Positions 9,882 through 18,312 are shown, counted from the first letter of the stretch. The stretch is 32,000 bases of DNA from Candidatus Saccharimonadota bacterium (GCA_001897305.1 MKSO01000001.1:120001-152000), one strand, 5' to 3'. Numbers and translations are program-made. The notes: generated from the sequence alone by a model not told the origin.

Positions 9882-10495
9882 AGCAGCAACGGGCTCGTAG
9901 GGGTGACACACTTATCGAGGTACTATTTGCTGTGAGTGTTTTCAGTCTTGTTGTAGTATCAGCGCTTGCATTGATGAACCAAGGGACTGCAGCGTCGCAG
10001 CGTTCGCTAGAGATGACAATCGTCCGTCAACAAATGGATAACCAGGCTGACACTCTTCGGTTTCTCCATGCATCCTACGTACAAGCGTACTATTCGGGTA
10101 TTGATTTAAGTTCAGCCCCAGATTCTCCAGCTAAAGAGTACTATAGGGTGGTTCAACAGGCTGCTAAAAATACAGCTGGCGCTTCGGCCTTCGGCTCGGG
10201 GACGTGTGGCACGCCACCTAACCATAGCTTTGTATTTGATACCAGCAAAGCGACTATGGTAAGCGACAGCACTATTTTCAAGAAGCCGGATACATTTTCT
10301 CAGCTTGTCTATAACGGTTCGGGCGTGCTTACGTCGAGCGATGGGCTATGGATCGAGGGCGTACGTACTAATCCATCATCTGGCGCGAATGCTGGGTATA
10401 TTGATTTTCATATTCGTGCCTGTTGGGATACCCTTGGTATGAGTGTACCAATGAACTTGGGGACGATCGTGAGGCTGTATGAACCACGGGGTTAG
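9875..10495 (+). CDS. minor pilin / pseudopilin
   Basis: N-terminus [20 protein letters not shown] with Glu at +5. It overlaps the upstream gene by 7 nt. Confidence 0.7.
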   Translation: MLKQQRARRGDTLIEVLFAVSVFSLVVVSALALMNQGTAASQRSLEMTIVRQQMDNQADTLRFLHASYVQAYYSGIDLSSAPDSPAKEYYRVVQQAAKNTAGASAFGSGTCGTPPNHSFVFDTSKATMVSDSTIFKKPDTFSQLVYNGSGVLTSSDGLWIEGVRTNPSSGANAGYIDFHIRACWDTLGMSVPMNLGTIVRLYEPRG

Positions 10496-11228
10496 TATAC
10501 GTCGTCAAAAAGGTTTTACGCTCATAGAGCTTATGTTAGCTATGAGCTTTATTTCTGTGTTGTTGTTGGCGGTCGCTATGACAATTATCCAGATCGGTAC
10601 GATATACAACAAAGGACTAGCGCTTAAAGAGCTCAACCAGGCTTCTCGTGATGTGGCAACTGACGTACGAAAAGCACTTTCGGCGGCAGATGGTATAGAT
10701 ACCTCTAAAGATTATGTTGAAGTGAAGAATGACGGAAATACAGCAGTGGCTGGTGGGCGTATTTGCCTGGGTAGCTATAGCTACATATGGAACACTCTCG
10801 CTGCGTTTGGCGATCCTGAGGATGCGACGGACAACGACAGTCACCTTACGCATTACGAATCGAACCCTAATAAAATTGTTCAGCTTGTCAAAGTACCTGA
10901 TCCGTCAAAAATTTACTGCGCCAAACAAACCAGTGGCGCCTTAACCTACCAGAATATTCGTAATGCCGACACAGACGTGGCACAGGAGTTGTTGGCTCAG
11001 GGTGACCACTCGCTCAGTATCACGCATTTATCACTCACTCCTTCAACTCGTGATGATGCAACGCGCGAGGCGCTGTATACGTTTAATTACACGCTTGGTA
11101 CGGGCTCTCTGACGGCAATGAACCTCGATCAATCGGCGTGTCTCGATGCGAGTCAGGCAAAATCAGATCTCGCATACTGTAATGTTGTTCAGTTTAGTCT
11201 TGTCGTAAGGGCGGGGAGTGGAGTTTAA
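10479..11228 (+). CDS. minor pilin / pseudopilin
   Basis: N-terminus KG/FTLIELMLAMSFISVLLL with Glu at +5. It overlaps the upstream gene by 17 nt. Confidence 0.75.
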   Translation: MNHGVSIRRQKGFTLIELMLAMSFISVLLLAVAMTIIQIGTIYNKGLALKELNQASRDVATDVRKALSAADGIDTSKDYVEVKNDGNTAVAGGRICLGSYSYIWNTLAAFGDPEDATDNDSHLTHYESNPNKIVQLVKVPDPSKIYCAKQTSGALTYQNIRNADTDVAQELLAQGDHSLSITHLSLTPSTRDDATREALYTFNYTLGTGSLTAMNLDQSACLDASQAKSDLAYCNVVQFSLVVRAGSGV

Positions 11229-12487
11229 TGGTAAGTAACATGAAAAACATAAGCACATCAAAACAGAGTGGCGCCGTATCACTATTTGTGGTCATTTTTG
11301 CGATGCTTATTATTACCGTCGTTACCATTAGCTTCCTGCGTTTGATGATGGTTGACCAAAGCCAGGCCAGCGATACGGACTTATCCCAAAGTGCTTACGA
11401 CTCTGCCCAGGCTGGGGTAGAGGATGCCAAGAGGGCGTTGCTGCATTACCAGCAGGTGTGTAGTTCAACGCCATCACTCTGCGCAACCCTAGCTTCTAGT
11501 TTATCCTCAGACGTCTGTAATGCAGCCGTTTTGATTGATGGAGTTGTACCTTCATCGAGCGTTAAAGGCGGCACGCCAAGTACGCCTGGTGAGATTATGG
11601 TACAGCAATCGACCAGTGCAACAGATGCGATTCTGGACCAGGCTTATACCTGCGTTACGATGAAGCTTGCGACACAAGATTATGTTGGTCAACTTTCGGC
11701 AGATGACAGCCAGATAGTCCCTCTTATTAGTGAGTCACCTTATGATACGGTGACCATCCGATGGTTCAGTCGTGACGACCTCGCCGATTCAACTGGTGCG
11801 CTTGATTTACAAAACGTTGTTTCCGGGGCTCTTCTTCCAGAAAAAACCCAGGCCGGCTGGCCAACAACCCGGCCATCGTTAATGCGTGCCCAGCTCATTC
11901 AGTTTGGTAGTTCGTTTAAGCTCGATGGGTTTGATTACGTAAAGGACAGTGGTGGAACAACTCAAAGCAATGCTAACACGGTATTCTTGTACCCAAGCTC
12001 TTCTGCTGGCGCGAGTACTATCGACTCTTTCACGGCACTTGATACGCGCAAGGACAGTCCTACCGATGAACCTGATGCAGATTCTCCTACTAATACACCA
12101 AAGACAGTACGATGCCTTCCTAATATTAGTGGTGGCGGCTATGCATGTAGTATGTCGCTTCGGCTTCCAGAGCCAATTGATGGTGGCGGCCGCACGGCAT
12201 TTTTGCGATTGACGTCGCTTTATAATAAGTCTCATTTCCAGGTAGTTCTTACTAACGGCGGCGCTCCAGATACGGGCGGTACAAATATCATCAAATTTAA
12301 GGATGTTCAGCCCGAAGTCGATTCAACAGGGCGGGCAAACGATATCTTTAGGCGGGTTCAGAGCCGTGTAAACCTATATGACACAAGCTTCCCATACCCA
12401 GATGCCACAATTGATATTACTGGTAACTTCTGTAAAGACTTTGGCGTGACGGATAGCCAGTATATTGCCGGAAGCTGTACTCCTTAG
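11228..12487 (+). CDS. PilX-like large minor pilin / possible tip-associated protein
   Basis: The hydrophobic N-terminus SGAVSLFVVIFAMLIITVVTISFLRLM has no Glu at +5, a PilX_N-like pattern. It is 419 aa, shares a TAATG overlap with the upstream gene, and is the last gene of the operon. Confidence 0.6.
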   Translation: MVSNMKNISTSKQSGAVSLFVVIFAMLIITVVTISFLRLMMVDQSQASDTDLSQSAYDSAQAGVEDAKRALLHYQQVCSSTPSLCATLASSLSSDVCNAAVLIDGVVPSSSVKGGTPSTPGEIMVQQSTSATDAILDQAYTCVTMKLATQDYVGQLSADDSQIVPLISESPYDTVTIRWFSRDDLADSTGALDLQNVVSGALLPEKTQAGWPTTRPSLMRAQLIQFGSSFKLDGFDYVKDSGGTTQSNANTVFLYPSSSAGASTIDSFTALDTRKDSPTDEPDADSPTNTPKTVRCLPNISGGGYACSMSLRLPEPIDGGGRTAFLRLTSLYNKSHFQVVLTNGGAPDTGGTNIIKFKDVQPEVDSTGRANDIFRRVQSRVNLYDTSFPYPDATIDITGNFCKDFGVTDSQYIAGSCTP

Positions 12488-12622
12488 TTTTTCACGCCAG
12501 CCAGCAGTTTTAAGCTATAAGGAAATATCTGCAGCCCGAGTCTGAACGGGACGCTGGCGCCCGAGAAGACCCGGTGCGAAGCCATTTCCGTTAGATTGAA
12601 GCTGCTGGCTGGCGTGAAAAAC
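12487..12622 (-). repeat. gene-terminal rod-hairpin element, copy 1 (sense on minus strand, 3' of the xerC-like gene)
   Basis: The outer arms 12487-12507 and 12602-12622 are a perfect 21-bp inverted repeat. The 69-nt core at 12521-12589 is the reverse complement of the copy-2 core, differing by one C indel. Confidence 0.8.
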
Positions 12623-12628
12623 GAAGAA

Positions 12629-13555
12629 TTAGCGCTCGCTATGGAACTTTTCGTACACATCTTTTAGGTGGGCGTCGGTAACGTGAGTATAAATTTGGGT
12701 GGTAGAAATGTTACTGTGGCCGAGCATACTTTGTACGCTCCGCAGGTCGGCGCCGTTCATGAGAAGGTCGGTTGCAAAGCTATGGCGCATGGTGTGTGGG
12801 CTCACGTGCTTGGTGATACCAGCGAGTCGAGCATATTTGTTAATCATCCGCTGGATGCTACGGGCGGTAAGCCGACGATAATCGCCGCTAGTATTTGCCT
12901 CAACATTGCGGCTATAGCTAATAAACAGGGGGGCGAGTGTGTCTTGGCGCATGGCTAGGTACTGCTCAACCCAATCGGCGGCTGCTTGGCTAATAAAGAC
13001 CGGTCGATCCTTTTGGCCTTTACCGCGCACCATAAATTCGCGTCGCTTAGTGTTAATATGGTCGCGGTTAAGGTTTACAAGTTCCGAGACACGCAAACCA
13101 CTTGAGAATAACAGTTCAAGGATGGCACGGTCTCGCAGGCCGCTTTCCTCGTTAGTATCCACTTGCTCAAGCAGACGACCGACTTCATCGTAATGAAGGA
13201 AGGTGACTTGTTTGCGGTGGGTTTTAGGGAGTTCAATTTTATCGGGCGAGAGGGAAGGGATGTCGCGGCGGGAAAAGTATTTCAAGAAGCCGCGGAGGGC
13301 AATCAGGTGATAGGCTTGGGTAATCATAGCCAGCTCTTCGCCACGCTCGTTCTTTAACCGATTAAGCCACAGGCGATACTTACGAATCAGTTCGCTGGTG
13401 ATCTGGTCTGGGGTAATATCACCGGCAAATTCCACAAAACGGTTTAAATAGAATTCGTAGTTTTCGGCAGTTCGCGGCATGCGGCCGCCCTCAACCTCAA
13501 GATGCTCGATGAAGTCAAGAATATACTCTGAAACAAATTTTTGTTCGTAGGCCAT
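12629..13555 (-). CDS. xerC: tyrosine site-specific recombinase, XerC/XerD type
   Basis: It has an N-terminal SAM-like core-binding domain and a C-terminal catalytic region with R...HTMRHSFAT...LGHSNISTTQIYTHV (the R-H-R-Y family motifs). Confidence 0.9.
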   Translation of the reverse strand: MAYEQKFVSEYILDFIEHLEVEGGRMPRTAENYEFYLNRFVEFAGDITPDQITSELIRKYRLWLNRLKNERGEELAMITQAYHLIALRGFLKYFSRRDIPSLSPDKIELPKTHRKQVTFLHYDEVGRLLEQVDTNEESGLRDRAILELLFSSGLRVSELVNLNRDHINTKRREFMVRGKGQKDRPVFISQAAADWVEQYLAMRQDTLAPLFISYSRNVEANTSGDYRRLTARSIQRMINKYARLAGITKHVSPHTMRHSFATDLLMNGADLRSVQSMLGHSNISTTQIYTHVTDAHLKDVYEKFHSER

Positions 13556-13602
13556 ACTATAAGCATAGCCTAAAACACAGCTGTAGGGTAGAATAGATAC
13601 TA

Positions 13603-14397
13603 ATGTGGCAATGGCTTGAAGCAGTTATTTTGGGTATCATCCAGGGTGTTACCGAATTTATTCCGGTGAGTAGTTCGGGGCACTTAATTTTAGCTCAAAA
13701 CTTCCTTTCGGGCGCGTCAGATCACTTGTTTGTTCAATTCCTTGATATAGGCACAACGTTGGCGCTTATCATCTTCTTCCGCAAGCGTATTTGGCGCATT
13801 ATTACCGACGTATTTGTTCATAGGAATTACCGCTTAGCACGCAATCTTATTATTACTATTCTGCCAGCTGGGTTGATTGGCTTTGCCATGGCTGGTTTTA
13901 TCGAGACTAATAGTTTCTTCGGGAATCCGCTTGTGGTGGCGACTGGGCTGTTTGTGGTCGGTTTCATTATGGTGATTCTCGAAAAACTTCCTAAGACATC
14001 GTATGTACCTAACGGTGAACGCTTACCCTGGTGGCGCGCCTTGGTCATCGGTTTAGCTCAGGTGTTTGCCCTTATTCCTGGAGTGTCTCGTTCGGGCTCA
14101 ACCATTATTACTGGTCGACTCATGGGCCTAAAGCCTGCCGAAGCGGCTGAGTACAGCTTCTTGGTGTCGATCCCTATTATGCTCGGTGTGATTTTGAAGC
14201 TCATGCTGTCTGACCATGCCTATCTCGGCGCTCATCTGGGAGCAATTGTGGTTTCAAACCTGGCTGCCTTTATTGCAGGTATTCTGGTTATTCGTTTCTT
14301 GATGGGATACCTCTCGAAGCACAGCCTGGCGGCCTTTGGGTGGTACCGCATGGGTCTTGCGGTAGTCGTCATTGCGATAGTACTTTTGGTACAATGA
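13603..14397 (+). CDS. uppP: undecaprenyl-diphosphate phosphatase UppP (BacA)
   Basis: The GVTEFIPVSSSGHLIL motif and SRSG.T motif are present, with about 8 TM helices in 264 aa. TAGAAT (13589-13594) lies 8 nt upstream of the ATG. Confidence 0.92.
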   Translation: MWQWLEAVILGIIQGVTEFIPVSSSGHLILAQNFLSGASDHLFVQFLDIGTTLALIIFFRKRIWRIITDVFVHRNYRLARNLIITILPAGLIGFAMAGFIETNSFFGNPLVVATGLFVVGFIMVILEKLPKTSYVPNGERLPWWRALVIGLAQVFALIPGVSRSGSTIITGRLMGLKPAEAAEYSFLVSIPIMLGVILKLMLSDHAYLGAHLGAIVVSNLAAFIAGILVIRFLMGYLSKHSLAAFGWYRMGLAVVVIAIVLLVQ

Positions 14398-14430
14398 AGT
14401 TAGACAGCTAAATTCCAGGAAGGATACAGT

Positions 14431-14937
14431 ATGAGCGATCATATCCAACGAACATTGATTTTATTTAAACCGGATGCCGTACAGAGGGGTGTAGTGGGCG
14501 AGATCCTGACGCGATTCGAGCGTGTCGGCCTCAAAATTATTGGTACCAAGATGATCGCCCCAGATCGCGAACACTACTACAAGCATTACGAGGAAATTGG
14601 CCAAGTCATTACTCGTCGCGGTGAGAAGGTGTTCAATAATACGTTAAACCGTATGAATGAAGGCCCAGTTATTGCAATGGTGCTTGAGGGTGTTGAAGCG
14701 GTTGAACTCGTGCGTAAACTTGTTGGAACAACCGAGCCAAAATCAGCTGCACCAGGCACAATTCGTGGCGACTTTTCACATATGAGCTATGGCTATGGCG
14801 ACGCAACAGATCAGGGTATTCCAAACCTTATTCACGCTTCGGGTGACTTGGCTGATGCAAAGCAAGAGATTCCTCACTGGTTTAGCGAAGATGAGCTCTA
14901 CGACTACAGCGCGCTGAGCGAAAAATTTACTCGCTAA
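14431..14937 (+). CDS. ndk: nucleoside-diphosphate kinase
   Basis: ERTLILFKPDAVQRG and the NLIHASGD active-site His region are present. RBS AGGAAGGA. Confidence 0.92.
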   Translation: MSDHIQRTLILFKPDAVQRGVVGEILTRFERVGLKIIGTKMIAPDREHYYKHYEEIGQVITRRGEKVFNNTLNRMNEGPVIAMVLEGVEAVELVRKLVGTTEPKSAAPGTIRGDFSHMSYGYGDATDQGIPNLIHASGDLADAKQEIPHWFSEDELYDYSALSEKFTR

Positions 14938-14945
14938 CATTCGTT

Positions 14946-15077
14946 TGTCGAAAATCGATACAAGACAGTATCTACCGGAAATGGCTTCGCACCGGGTCTT
15001 CTCGGGCCGCCAGCGTCCCGTTCAGACTCGGGCTGCAGATATTTCCTTGTAGATACTGTCTGCACCGATTTTTGGCA
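14946..15077 (+). repeat. gene-terminal rod-hairpin element, copy 2 (3' of ndk)
   Basis: The outer arms 14946-14975 and 15049-15077 form an imperfect ~29-bp stem that includes G-U pairs. The core at 14977-15046 begins GGAAAT-GGCTTCGC and ends GCTGCAGAT-ATTTCC. Confidence 0.8.
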
Positions 15078-15101
15078 CCCATCTGTTAAAATGAAGTACA
15101 C

Positions 15102-15177
15102 GCCCCGCTAGCTCAACTGGAAGAGCAGATCCGTCCTAAGGATAAGGTTGTAGGTTCGACTCCTGCGCGGGGTACCA
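15102..15177 (+). tRNA. tRNA-Arg (anticodon CCU)
   Basis: Manual cloverleaf: acceptor GCCCCGC/GCGGGGT, D arm GCTC..GAGC, anticodon loop GTCCTAA, T arm GTAGG-TTCGACT-CCTGC, and an encoded CCA. TGTTAAAAT (15084-15092) lies just upstream. Confidence 0.9.
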
Positions 15178-15216
15178 GTATTCGTATTTTCGTGCTTATG
15201 GTAAACTATAAGTATT

Positions 15217-15840
15217 ATGGCAACCACAAAAAAGACAACCCCAAGCAAAAAACCATCTAAAACAACGAAAGCTGGTAAAAAAGTAAAGGCTCGTCCGTTA
15301 ACTTGGCGATTCTATGTTGTAACAGTAGGTATTTTTCTTGTTTCTGTTGCAGCAGTGGTTGTTTTGGCGCTTTTTGCTTCACAAATGGTGGCAAGACAAA
15401 ACGCCCAAGCTCGTCTTGATCGTATTAATCAGATTTATGCCAGCCTTAACCTCGATGACACCTATCTTCTCGCGAATTCCCATGTGTTCGGCGACAAGCG
15501 TGTCTACGAGTGGGATAAGAGCCGAACCTACTCTTCAGAGCAGGATTATATAAAAGGGGATACGGTAAGTAATACCGTTGCCGAGCTTGATGCAAAAATC
15601 AAGGCGGCAGGCTTTGGCTTCATCGATGAACCATATCCTGGAACAAAGGCTACGCAGTACCACTACAAGTCATCTAAAGGCGAATATATTCGTTTGACTG
15701 TCGAAAGTAAGCCGTACTGGGATGCTACCAGTAACGCCGCTGTCATGAATCAATCGCTGGAAAATATCGACTCAATGGATCCTAATGCGGGCCCTTCAAA
15801 AATTACCATCAAGGTCAATCTTGATGATAATAACGAATAG
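15217..15840 (+). CDS. hypothetical membrane-anchored protein (Lys-rich N-terminus, one TM helix)
   Basis: 207-aa ORF with MATTKKTTPSKKPSKTTKAGKK followed by a TM helix. No family recognised. Confidence 0.6.
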   Translation: MATTKKTTPSKKPSKTTKAGKKVKARPLTWRFYVVTVGIFLVSVAAVVVLALFASQMVARQNAQARLDRINQIYASLNLDDTYLLANSHVFGDKRVYEWDKSRTYSSEQDYIKGDTVSNTVAELDAKIKAAGFGFIDEPYPGTKATQYHYKSSKGEYIRLTVESKPYWDATSNAAVMNQSLENIDSMDPNAGPSKITIKVNLDDNNE

Positions 15841-15872
15841 TACTAATGCTATACTGACTACAAGGAAATTGT

Positions 15873-16406
15873 ATGTCTAAAAAAGATTCTGCAGCTCAAC
15901 TTGATTTCGAAGGGCAACGACCTGGTGAAGAGTTATTGTTTGTCTTCCGCCGCCATATTATTGCTATGCGTAAAGGCTTCTATTTATTGCTTGGGCCACT
16001 CGTTATTACGGCCATTCCACCACTTATATGGCAAGACAATCTCGAGCTGTTCTTATTACCTGTTGGGGGGTTGGCGTTGGGGCTTATTCTGTTTTTCTAC
16101 CACTGGATGATGTGGTATTTTACCGTCTATATTGTTACTAATCAGCGCCTTCGACAGGTGACGCAAAAAGGCTTTTTTGGTAAGGATGTGGTCGAGCTAC
16201 GGCTGTCCAAAATCCAGAACATAAGCTATAATATACCAGGGTTTAGCGGCGAGATTTTTGGATTTGGCACTATTGTCATTCAAACATTCGTCGGCGATCT
16301 TGTTATTCGTAACGTCGAACATCCGGACAAGACCTACAACAAGCTACAGGACGCAGTTAGTACTGCGGTCGAAACGCAAGGAGACAATGAAGAAGTTACT
16401 ATCTAA
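15873..16406 (+). CDS. bacterial PH-domain (YdbS/YdbT-like, bPH_2) membrane protein
   Basis: Two TM helices are followed by YIVTNQRL...V..L....I..I, a pattern typical of bPH_2/DUF304 proteins. RBS AAGGAA. Confidence 0.7.
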   Translation: MSKKDSAAQLDFEGQRPGEELLFVFRRHIIAMRKGFYLLLGPLVITAIPPLIWQDNLELFLLPVGGLALGLILFFYHWMMWYFTVYIVTNQRLRQVTQKGFFGKDVVELRLSKIQNISYNIPGFSGEIFGFGTIVIQTFVGDLVIRNVEHPDKTYNKLQDAVSTAVETQGDNEEVTI

Positions 16407-17451
16407 AGTGCGTCGTAACAAAGAACCGGAACAACCGGCCTCGCGCATTACTAACGATACTTTAGCCGAACACCGCGAGCGAGTGTTAGCTGGTGGTCGT
16501 AAATTTAAGTACCCAGTGCAGTATCAGCGTCACCGATTGGTGATAAATGCTATTATTATTGGCGTCGTAGCTGTCATCCTGCTGATCGCATCCCTCTGGT
16601 ACCTTTTGTATTCAGCGCAGAATACCAGCGAATTTACGTATCGCGTCACTAAGGTTATTCCAGTGCCCGTGGCTATTATTGACGGTGAACCGGTTCGTTA
16701 TAGTGATTATCTTATGAAATATCGTAGCGGCGAACATTACTTGGTTGAAAAAGAGCAGATCGACATTAAAACTACTGACGGCAAGAATCAGCTCAACTAC
16801 ATTAAGGCACAGGCCTTAAACGATGCAATCGCCGACGCCTATGCACATAAGCTCGCCGAACAGCTCGATATTCAAGTAACAAATGCTGATTTAGAGGCCT
16901 TTTTGAAGCAGCAGCGCAAGTCCAGTGATGGTGAAGTCACTGAAGCAACCTACAACGCTGTTATTCTGGACTATTACGGATGGTCGCCAGAGGAATACCG
17001 TGAAGCTATGGCGAGTAAATTATTGCGCCAAAAAGTTGCTTACGCAGTCGATGCAGACGCTGAAAAAATCACCGATGCCATTGAGTCTAAGGTAAAAGGC
17101 GGCTCAAGCGACATGCAGGCAATCGCCAACGAACTTAACGCTCAACGTGAGGGGAGTGTTCAATATGTTGGTGCTACCTGGGTACCTAAAGACAACCAAG
17201 ACGGCGGCTTGGCTGCGGCAGCTCAAAAACTCAGTAAGGGTCAAATCTCAACCGTTATTAAACCGACTTCTGGAAATGGCTATTACTATGTAAAACTCGA
17301 TGATAGTAATGACAGTCAAATTCAGTATGAATACATTTTTGTTCCGTTAAAGGACTTCACCCAAAAACTCGCCGCAATTAAGCAAGAAGGCAAGCTGCAG
17401 ACCTTTATTAAAGTTGAACAACCAGCCACTAGCCAACCAGCAGCACAATAA
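16387..17451 (+). CDS. SurA-N/PpiD-like membrane-anchored chaperone, possibly with a degenerate parvulin domain
   Basis: Start reassigned to ATG 16387 (RBS AAGGAGA). The ORF-track start at 16258 lies inside the upstream gene. A TM helix is followed by a SurA_N-like region, and a C-terminal GNGYYYVKL resembles the parvulin GYHIIK motif. Confidence 0.65.
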   Translation: MKKLLSKVRRNKEPEQPASRITNDTLAEHRERVLAGGRKFKYPVQYQRHRLVINAIIIGVVAVILLIASLWYLLYSAQNTSEFTYRVTKVIPVPVAIIDGEPVRYSDYLMKYRSGEHYLVEKEQIDIKTTDGKNQLNYIKAQALNDAIADAYAHKLAEQLDIQVTNADLEAFLKQQRKSSDGEVTEATYNAVILDYYGWSPEEYREAMASKLLRQKVAYAVDADAEKITDAIESKVKGGSSDMQAIANELNAQREGSVQYVGATWVPKDNQDGGLAAAAQKLSKGQISTVIKPTSGNGYYYVKLDDSNDSQIQYEYIFVPLKDFTQKLAAIKQEGKLQTFIKVEQPATSQPAAQ

Positions 17452-17460
17452 GGAGGCACT

Positions 17461-18063
17461 ATGTTTACAGTCCCAGCATTAGAGTATGAGTATGATGCAC
17501 TGGAAGACGCTATCAGCGCGGAAATTATGGAACTCCACCATAACAAACACCATCAAACGTATGTTGACAAGCTCAATCAAGCGCTTAAATCGCACTCTGA
17601 ACTTCAAACAAAGCCGATCGAAGAGCTGTTACGTCATCTAGAAGATGTGCCCGAGGATATTCGGACCGCCGTGCGCAATAATGGGGGTGGCCATTACAAC
17701 CACTCGCTGTTTTGGCGCTGGATGTCACCACAGGGTGGTGGCCAGCCGGAGGGCGAATTATTACAGGCTATTAACGACCGCTACGGAAGTTTCGATGCCT
17801 TCGTTGAGACCTTCAATGAAAAGGCCCTTGGCCTCTTTGGAAGTGGGTGGGTATGGCTACAGCCAAACCTCGATATTATTACCACCGCTAACCAGGATTC
17901 ACCTTTGTCGCAAGGCCTTCCCGAGGCACTTTTAGGCCTCGACGTCTGGGAGCATGCTTACTACCTTGATTACAAAAACCACCGCGACGAATACGTTAAA
18001 AACTGGTGGCGTGTTGTTAATTGGCCGGTGGTGCAGGAGCGATACGAACATCTGCGTGGTTAG
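17461..18063 (+). CDS. sodA: Fe/Mn superoxide dismutase
   Basis: HHNKHHQTYV and the DVWEHAYYLDYKN metal-ligand motifs are present in 200 aa. RBS AAGGAGG. Confidence 0.93.
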   Translation: MFTVPALEYEYDALEDAISAEIMELHHNKHHQTYVDKLNQALKSHSELQTKPIEELLRHLEDVPEDIRTAVRNNGGGHYNHSLFWRWMSPQGGGQPEGELLQAINDRYGSFDAFVETFNEKALGLFGSGWVWLQPNLDIITTANQDSPLSQGLPEALLGLDVWEHAYYLDYKNHRDEYVKNWWRVVNWPVVQERYEHLRG

Positions 18064-18096
18064 AGCTACGCATTAATCTATTTGAATTCTGACCAC

Positions 18097-18127
18097 GAAA
18101 AAAGTTCACCGAAAGGTGAACTTGTTT
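18097..18127. terminator. bidirectional intrinsic terminator (sodA / tRNA-Asp)
   Basis: AAGTTCACC-GAAA-GGTGAACTT hairpin flanked by an A-run on the plus strand. That A-run reads as a T-run on the minus strand, downstream of tRNA-Asp. Confidence 0.75.
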
Positions 18128-18129
18128 CG

Positions 18130-18207
18130 TGGCGGGCCCGACCGGATTCGAACCGGCGATCTCCTCCGTGACAGGGAGGCGTGATAGGCCAGCTTCACTA
18201 CGAGCCC
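18130..18207 (-). tRNA. tRNA-Asp (anticodon GUC)
   Basis: The reverse complement folds as a cloverleaf: acceptor GGGCTCG/CGGGCCC, anticodon loop CTGTCAC, T loop TTCGAAT, and an encoded CCA. Confidence 0.92.
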
Positions 18208-18312
18208 TCGTATGTATGCTTACGGCCTAAGCTCAAATGATGATAGCATTTTTTCCCTTTAGACGCAACACTCCAGTGCCTATTTACGAGTGTAGGTTTT
18301 AGGCTGGCCGTT

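Noticed and set aside
12487-12622. Interpreting the rod-hairpin elements as integron attC sites, given the adjacent tyrosine recombinase and their gene-3' location.
   Set aside because: attC sites conserve the outer R''/R' boxes (RYYYAAC/GTTRRRY) and vary in the centre. Here the centre is conserved and the outer arms are unrelated. The recombinase looks like XerC/D rather than IntI, and no attI or cassette array is present.
14977-15046. Interpreting the conserved core as a known small self-cleaving ribozyme (hammerhead, twister or similar).
   Set aside because: No CUGAUGA...GAAA hammerhead core is present, nor any other signature I can recognise by eye. A covariance-model scan is needed before making such a claim.
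12629-15177. Interpreting the integrase and nearby tRNA-Arg as a genomic-island or prophage integration module.
   Set aside because: The recombinase has XerC/D-type architecture. The intervening genes are housekeeping (uppP, ndk). No phage genes are present, and no direct repeat of the tRNA 3' end was seen.
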